Assembly (NCBI RefSeq): GCF_000020025.1
Contig: NC_010631.1
Location: forward strand, 120,001 to 152,000
DNA: 32,000 nt
DNA from: Nostoc punctiforme PCC 73102
Lineage (GTDB): Bacteria; Cyanobacteriota; Cyanobacteriia; Cyanobacteriales; Nostocaceae
Direction: 5' to 3'
Under the pieces are notes generated by a model that saw only the letters and a program-made list of their open reading frames with translations, made no database searches and was not told where the DNA came from. Positions within the stretch are counted from its first letter, which is position 1, and the number at the start of each line of letters is the position of its first letter. Shown in pieces: positions 28,141 to 32,000 of this stretch. The position numbers and the translations under genes were made by a program.

Positions 28141-28299
28141 ATCTGACTTTTCACGGTAAGTTCTCAACTAACCAAAATACGTAGTTTTTTCTACAGGATT
28201 ATTCGCAATAGTCTTAAACTAATGACAATAATCAACGGGAAAATAGAGGCTGGAAGAAAGCGAAAAATGACCTTTTCCACATACCGTGAAAAGTCAGAT
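28141..28299. repeat. MITE-like element bounded by an 18-bp perfect inverted repeat
   Basis: ATCTGACTTTTCACGGTA (28141..28158) and TACCGTGAAAAGTCAGAT (28282..28299) flank 123 bp without an ORF. It lies in a roughly 300-bp segment that is absent from the homologous intergenic region at 12280..12296. Confidence 0.55.
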
Positions 28300-28390
28300 A
28301 TTGTGATCGCTAAATTTTCTTATAAAACATGTGAGACATCTTGATTTAGAATACACTCACAATAATAAACCGCCCTTGATCACAAACCAA

Positions 28391-28433
28391 GCTGTTGGCG
28401 GTAAGCGTAGCCATGCCGTCAGGCTTATCGCTT
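28391..28433. repeat. Short GC-rich dispersed repeat, second copy
   Basis: gctgttggcggtaagcgtagccatgccgtcaggcttatcgctt is similar to 25409..25450. Confidence 0.6.
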
Positions 28434-28459
28434 TTGTTCACTCTTGCACAGCGGCTCGA

Positions 28460-28490
28460 ATTTGCATATCCTTCAGCAGGTGAGAGATAT
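28460..28490 (+). promoter_or_regulatory. Shared promoter-like motif, copy 3 (upstream of TPR-CHAT 28537)
   Basis: atttgcatatcct-tcagcaggt-gagagatat. It ends 46 nt before the ATG at 28537. Confidence 0.55.
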
Positions 28491-28536
28491 ATTATATCTC
28501 CTTAAACTCGCTGCATTACTGCTGACTCTAAAATCT

Positions 28537-31500
28537 ATGGGCGATCGCAAACTTAGTTTAACCGTATTGATCACTCTCATCTTGACTGTTTCACAACCCA
28601 TCGCCAATTTGCCTCCACTATTCCAAGCGCCGCAGGTATTGGCGCAAACGCCAGCAGAACGGAAAGTAGAAGCAGACCGATTGTCGCAGCAAGGTCTTGA
28701 GCAGTTTAAAATTAGCCAATTTGAAGCCGCGTTACAGTCTTGGCAACAAGCACTTATTATTTATCGAGAAATCAAAGACCGTAAAGGAGAGGGAAAAACT
28801 CTAGGCCGTCTGGGAGTTATTTACGACTACCGGGGAGACTATACCAAAGCCATTCAGTACCAGCAGCAGAGTTTGGCGATCGCCAAGGAAACTAAAGACC
28901 GTTTAGGGGAAGGAAAAGCTCTGGTCAATCTGGGAAATGTTTACCATTCCCTGGGAGACTACGCTAAAGCCATTGAGTATCACTCCTCAAGTTTTACGAT
29001 CGCTCGTGAAATCAATGACCGTTCAATTGAGGGTGCTGCTCTGGGCAATCTGGGACTTGCTTACGATGCAAAAGGAGACTACGCCAAAGCCATTGAGTAC
29101 CACTCTTTAAGTTTGGCGATCGCTCGTGAAATCAAAGACCGTAAAGGAGAGGGAGAATCTCTGGGCAATTTGGGAATTGCTTACGATGCCCTGGGAGATT
29201 ACGCTAAAGCCATTGAGTACCAGCAGCAGAGATTGGCGATCGCTCGTGAAATCAAAGACCGTAAAGGGGAGGGAGAATCTCTGGGAAATCTGGGAAGTGC
29301 TTACTATTCGCTGGGAGACTACGCCAAAGCGATTAAGTACCAGCAGCAGAGATTGGCGATCGCTCGTGAAATTAAAGACCGCCGAGCACAGAAACAATCT
29401 CTGGGCAATCTAGGAGTTGCTTACAATGCTCTGGGAGACTACGCCAAAGCGATTAAGTACCAGGAGCAGAGTTTGGCGATCGCTCGTGAAATCAAAGATC
29501 GTAATGGCGAGGGTAATGCTCTGGACAATCTGGGACTTGCTTACTATTCGCTGGGAGACTACGCCAAAGCCATTGAATACTACTCCTCAAGTTTGGCAAT
29601 TGCACGAGAAATCAAAGACCGTAATGGCGAGGGTACTGTTCTGGGGAATCTGGGACTTGCTTACTTTTTGTTGGGAGACGACCTGAAGGCGATTGAGTAC
29701 CAGGAGCAGAGTTTGGCAATTGCACGAGAAATCAAAGACCGTAATGGTGAGAGTCAATCTCTGGGCAATCTAGGACTTGCTTACGATGATCTGGGAGACT
29801 ACGCCAAAGCGATTGAGTACTACCAGCAAAGTTTAGCGATCGCTCGTGAAATCAAAAACCGTTTAGGCGAGGGACAATCTCTGGGCAATCTAGGAAATGT
29901 TTACTATTCGCTGGGAGACTACGCCAAAGCGATTGAGTACTACCAGCAAAGATTGGCGCTCGCCCGCCAAATCAAAAACCGTTTAGGCGAGGGGAATGGT
30001 CTGAGCAATCTAGGAAATGCTTACGGTTCGCTGGGAGACTACGCCAAAGCGATTGAGTACCAGCAGCAAAGTTTAGCGATCGCACGAGAAATCAAAGACC
30101 GTTTAGGTGAGGGGAATGTTCTGGGGAATCTAGGATTTACTTTAAACAAATCTGGCAATCTTGCAGAAGCAGAAAAAAACCTCCGGGCTGGGATAGAGGT
30201 CTGGGAATCTGTCAGGAGACAGTTGGGTAAAAATGATAGCTACAAAGTCTCAATTTTTGAACGACAATCTCGCACTTACCGCATACTACAAAGAGTCCTA
30301 ATTGCTCAGAATAAAACCAAAGAAGCGTTAGAAATTTCTGAACGGGGACGTTCTAGGGCATTTGTGGAGTTATTAACTTCACGGTTGTCTAGCGAAAGTG
30401 CAGGTCAAACTGTAGAACGTCCTGTTGATAAACCGACAATATCGCTGTTGCAACAAATCGCCAAACAACAAAATGCCACCCTCGTTGAATATTCAACTAT
30501 TGGTGATGAATTCAAGATTCAAGGTAAACAAGAACAAAAAGAATCAGAACTCTACATTTGGGTAATCAAACCCACAGGTGAAGTTACCTTCCGCTCTTCT
30601 GACCTCAAACCCCTGTGGCAAAAAGAAAATACAACTCTTGACAAGCTTGTTACTACCAGTCGTAACTTCATTGGTGCAACAAGTACACCTTTTCGCGGTG
30701 GTATTATCCCCAGGGAAAATCCTAATAAACCCAAAGCCAAACAAAAATTTCAGCAACTCCATAAACTGCTGATTGAACCTATCGCTGACTTGCTTCCAAA
30801 ACAAGAAACTGAAAAAGTTATCTTCATTCCCCAAAGCAGCCTATTCCTCGTTCCCTTCGCCGCATTACAAGACGCAGACGGCAAATACCTGATTGAAAAA
30901 CACACCATCCTCACATCTCCATCAATTCAGGTTTTAGATTTAACCCACAAACAGAAACAACGGCTTGGAACAAAACCCATAGAAGGAAAAGATACGCTGA
31001 TTGTAGGTAATCCCACAATGCCTTTTCTCGCCCCAAAAATCGGCGATACTCCGCAACAATTAAAACCTTTACTTGGCGCAGAACTTGAAGCAGTTGCAAT
31101 TAGCAAGTTACTCAAAACCGAACCTCTCATCGGCAAGAAAGCCACAGAAGAAACTATAGTCAAGCGTTTACCCGAAGCGCGATTTGTTCATTTAGCAACA
31201 CATGGTTTATTTGATGATATCCAAGGATTAAATAGTGGCATTGCTTTGACTCCATCGGGTAAAGATGATGGTTTATTAACAGCCTCGGAAATCCTCGATC
31301 TGAAGCTAAATGCCGAATTAGTCGTTTTAAGCGCTTGCGACACCGGACGCGGACGCATTTCTGGGGATGGGGTAATTGGTTTATCTCGTTCGTTAATTAG
31401 TGCTGGTGTACCCAGTGTCTTAGTATCGCTGTGGTCGATTCCAGATGCGCCCACAGCCCTATTAATGACGGAATTTTATCAAAATCTGCAAAAAGGCTCC

Positions 31501-31602
31501 GACAAAGCGCAAGCACTGCGACAGGCAATGCTGAAAACCATTCAGAAATATCCTCAACCCAAATATTGGGCAGCTTTTACTCTCATTGGCGAAGCTGAGT
31601 AA
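28537..31602 (+). CDS. TPR-repeat + CHAT protease with N-terminal leader (paralogue of 12368..15580)
   Basis: I place the start at the ATG at 28537 (MGDRKLSLTVLITLILTV...QVLAQT) by homology with the starts at 12368 and 31682, not at the track's TTG at 28444. The TPR array is extremely regular. The CHAT motifs are HLATHG and LSACDTG. Confidence 0.92.
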   Translation: MGDRKLSLTVLITLILTVSQPIANLPPLFQAPQVLAQTPAERKVEADRLSQQGLEQFKISQFEAALQSWQQALIIYREIKDRKGEGKTLGRLGVIYDYRGDYTKAIQYQQQSLAIAKETKDRLGEGKALVNLGNVYHSLGDYAKAIEYHSSSFTIAREINDRSIEGAALGNLGLAYDAKGDYAKAIEYHSLSLAIAREIKDRKGEGESLGNLGIAYDALGDYAKAIEYQQQRLAIAREIKDRKGEGESLGNLGSAYYSLGDYAKAIKYQQQRLAIAREIKDRRAQKQSLGNLGVAYNALGDYAKAIKYQEQSLAIAREIKDRNGEGNALDNLGLAYYSLGDYAKAIEYYSSSLAIAREIKDRNGEGTVLGNLGLAYFLLGDDLKAIEYQEQSLAIAREIKDRNGESQSLGNLGLAYDDLGDYAKAIEYYQQSLAIAREIKNRLGEGQSLGNLGNVYYSLGDYAKAIEYYQQRLALARQIKNRLGEGNGLSNLGNAYGSLGDYAKAIEYQQQSLAIAREIKDRLGEGNVLGNLGFTLNKSGNLAEAEKNLRAGIEVWESVRRQLGKNDSYKVSIFERQSRTYRILQRVLIAQNKTKEALEISERGRSRAFVELLTSRLSSESAGQTVERPVDKPTISLLQQIAKQQNATLVEYSTIGDEFKIQGKQEQKESELYIWVIKPTGEVTFRSSDLKPLWQKENTTLDKLVTTSRNFIGATSTPFRGGIIPRENPNKPKAKQKFQQLHKLLIEPIADLLPKQETEKVIFIPQSSLFLVPFAALQDADGKYLIEKHTILTSPSIQVLDLTHKQKQRLGTKPIEGKDTLIVGNPTMPFLAPKIGDTPQQLKPLLGAELEAVAISKLLKTEPLIGKKATEETIVKRLPEARFVHLATHGLFDDIQGLNSGIALTPSGKDDGLLTASEILDLKLNAELVVLSACDTGRGRISGDGVIGLSRSLISAGVPSVLVSLWSIPDAPTALLMTEFYQNLQKGSDKAQALRQAMLKTIQKYPQPKYWAAFTLIGEAE
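28765..30084 (+). repeat. Eleven tandem, exactly 120-bp (40-aa) near-identical TPR units, each carrying or nearly carrying a HIP1 site
   Basis: The unit is REIKDR.GEG..LGNLG.AY..LGDYAKAIEY.QQSLAIA. Unit 1 starts at 28765 and unit 12 (degenerate) starts at 30085, which equals 28765 + 11 x 120. Confidence 0.9.
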
Positions 31603-31681
31603 GTTTTTAAAGTTATCTACTCAACCCAAAAGCGCTTTATATCTTTTTAAACTCCCTACTTTACTCGTGGCTCTCAAATCT

Positions 31682-32000
31682 ATGCGCGATCGCAAACTTA
31701 GTTTAACCGCATTGATCACTCTCATCTTGACTGTTTCACTGCCGATTACAAATTTGCCTCCACTATTCCAAGCGTCGCAAGTATTAGCGCAAACACCAGC
31801 AGACCGCAAAGCTGAAGCTGACCGACTTTTAAATCAAGGTTTCGAGCAGCTTCAAACGAGTCAATTTACAGCAGCATTAGAGTCTGGGCAACAGGCACTA
31901 ATTATCTATCGAGAAATCAAAGACCGTCAAGGTGAGGGGCGTACTTTAATTTTTCAAGGTGCTGCTCATCTTAGTCTGGGAGACAAAGCTCGTGCGATCA
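31682..32000 (+). CDS. Third tandem TPR(-CHAT) paralogue, 3' end beyond the window (not in the ORF track)
   Basis: Starts ATGCGCGATCGCAAACTTAGTTTAACC. The translation is MRDRKLSLTALITLILTVSLPITNLPPLFQASQVLAQTPADRKAEADRLLNQG...YREIKDRQGEG. The frame is open to the last base. Confidence 0.85.
   Translation, partial: MRDRKLSLTALITLILTVSLPITNLPPLFQASQVLAQTPADRKAEADRLLNQGFEQLQTSQFTAALESGQQALIIYREIKDRQGEGRTLIFQGAAHLSLGDKARAI

Noticed and set aside
28444-28536. Upstream TTG start proposed by the ORF track for the last full TPR-CHAT gene
   Set aside because: The extension overlaps the shared promoter motif (28460..28490). Both paralogues start at the homologous ATG(C/G)GCGATCGC, so 28537 is preferred.
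29107-29686. Alternate-frame and antisense ORFs in the TPR array (29107..29397 -, 29126..29413 +, 29417..29686 +)
   Set aside because: They are repeat-induced open frames. Their peptides simply echo the 120-bp period and have no independent start context.
28765-30140. A regular 120-bp periodic array that superficially resembles a CRISPR or satellite locus
   Set aside because: There is no repeat/spacer alternation. The whole unit is conserved, stays in one open frame and translates to canonical TPR helices inside a long CDS.

Overview
This looks like a cyanobacterial accessory island. The HIP1 octamer GCGATCGC is very frequent, coding is AT-rich, and the small palindromic repeat families resemble those of filamentous Nostocales. 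Almost everything is on the + strand. The window is dominated by caspase-fold and serine proteases fused to very large repeat arrays. Five genes have a visible CHAT domain: TPR-CHAT at 1..1707, 12368..15580 and 28537..31602, a catalytically dead CHAT at 1756..3201, and a 2172-aa WD40-TPR-CHAT giant at 3224..9742. A sixth paralogue starts at 31682 and runs off the window, and a decayed TPR-only copy lies at 26443..27464. There is also an S8 peptidase (9884..12049) and a Tat-signal orthocaspase (15698..17989). A tightly spaced three-gene module follows: a membrane-anchored PstS-like binding protein (18342..19550), a membrane vWA protein (19579..20475) and a 1108-aa tubulin/FtsZ-like GTPase with a C-terminal zinc ribbon (20571..23897). 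This module is my best candidate for an undescribed system, possibly acting with the neighbouring proteases. Two signals go beyond the ORF track. A 31-bp promoter-like motif (TTTTGCATAWCCT-N9-NAGARATAY) occurs with identical spacing upstream of six genes. A shared N-terminal leader ending in QV[LI]AQ[TS] occurs on nine otherwise different proteins. Mobile and rearrangement debris includes a decayed IS4-family element (24139..25658), an intact Uma2 endonuclease gene and a deleted copy, a MITE-like inverted-repeat element, and duplication junctions that fall exactly on HIP1 sites. I saw no rRNA, tRNA or CRISPR. All family assignments come from motifs read by eye and need HMM or structure confirmation.
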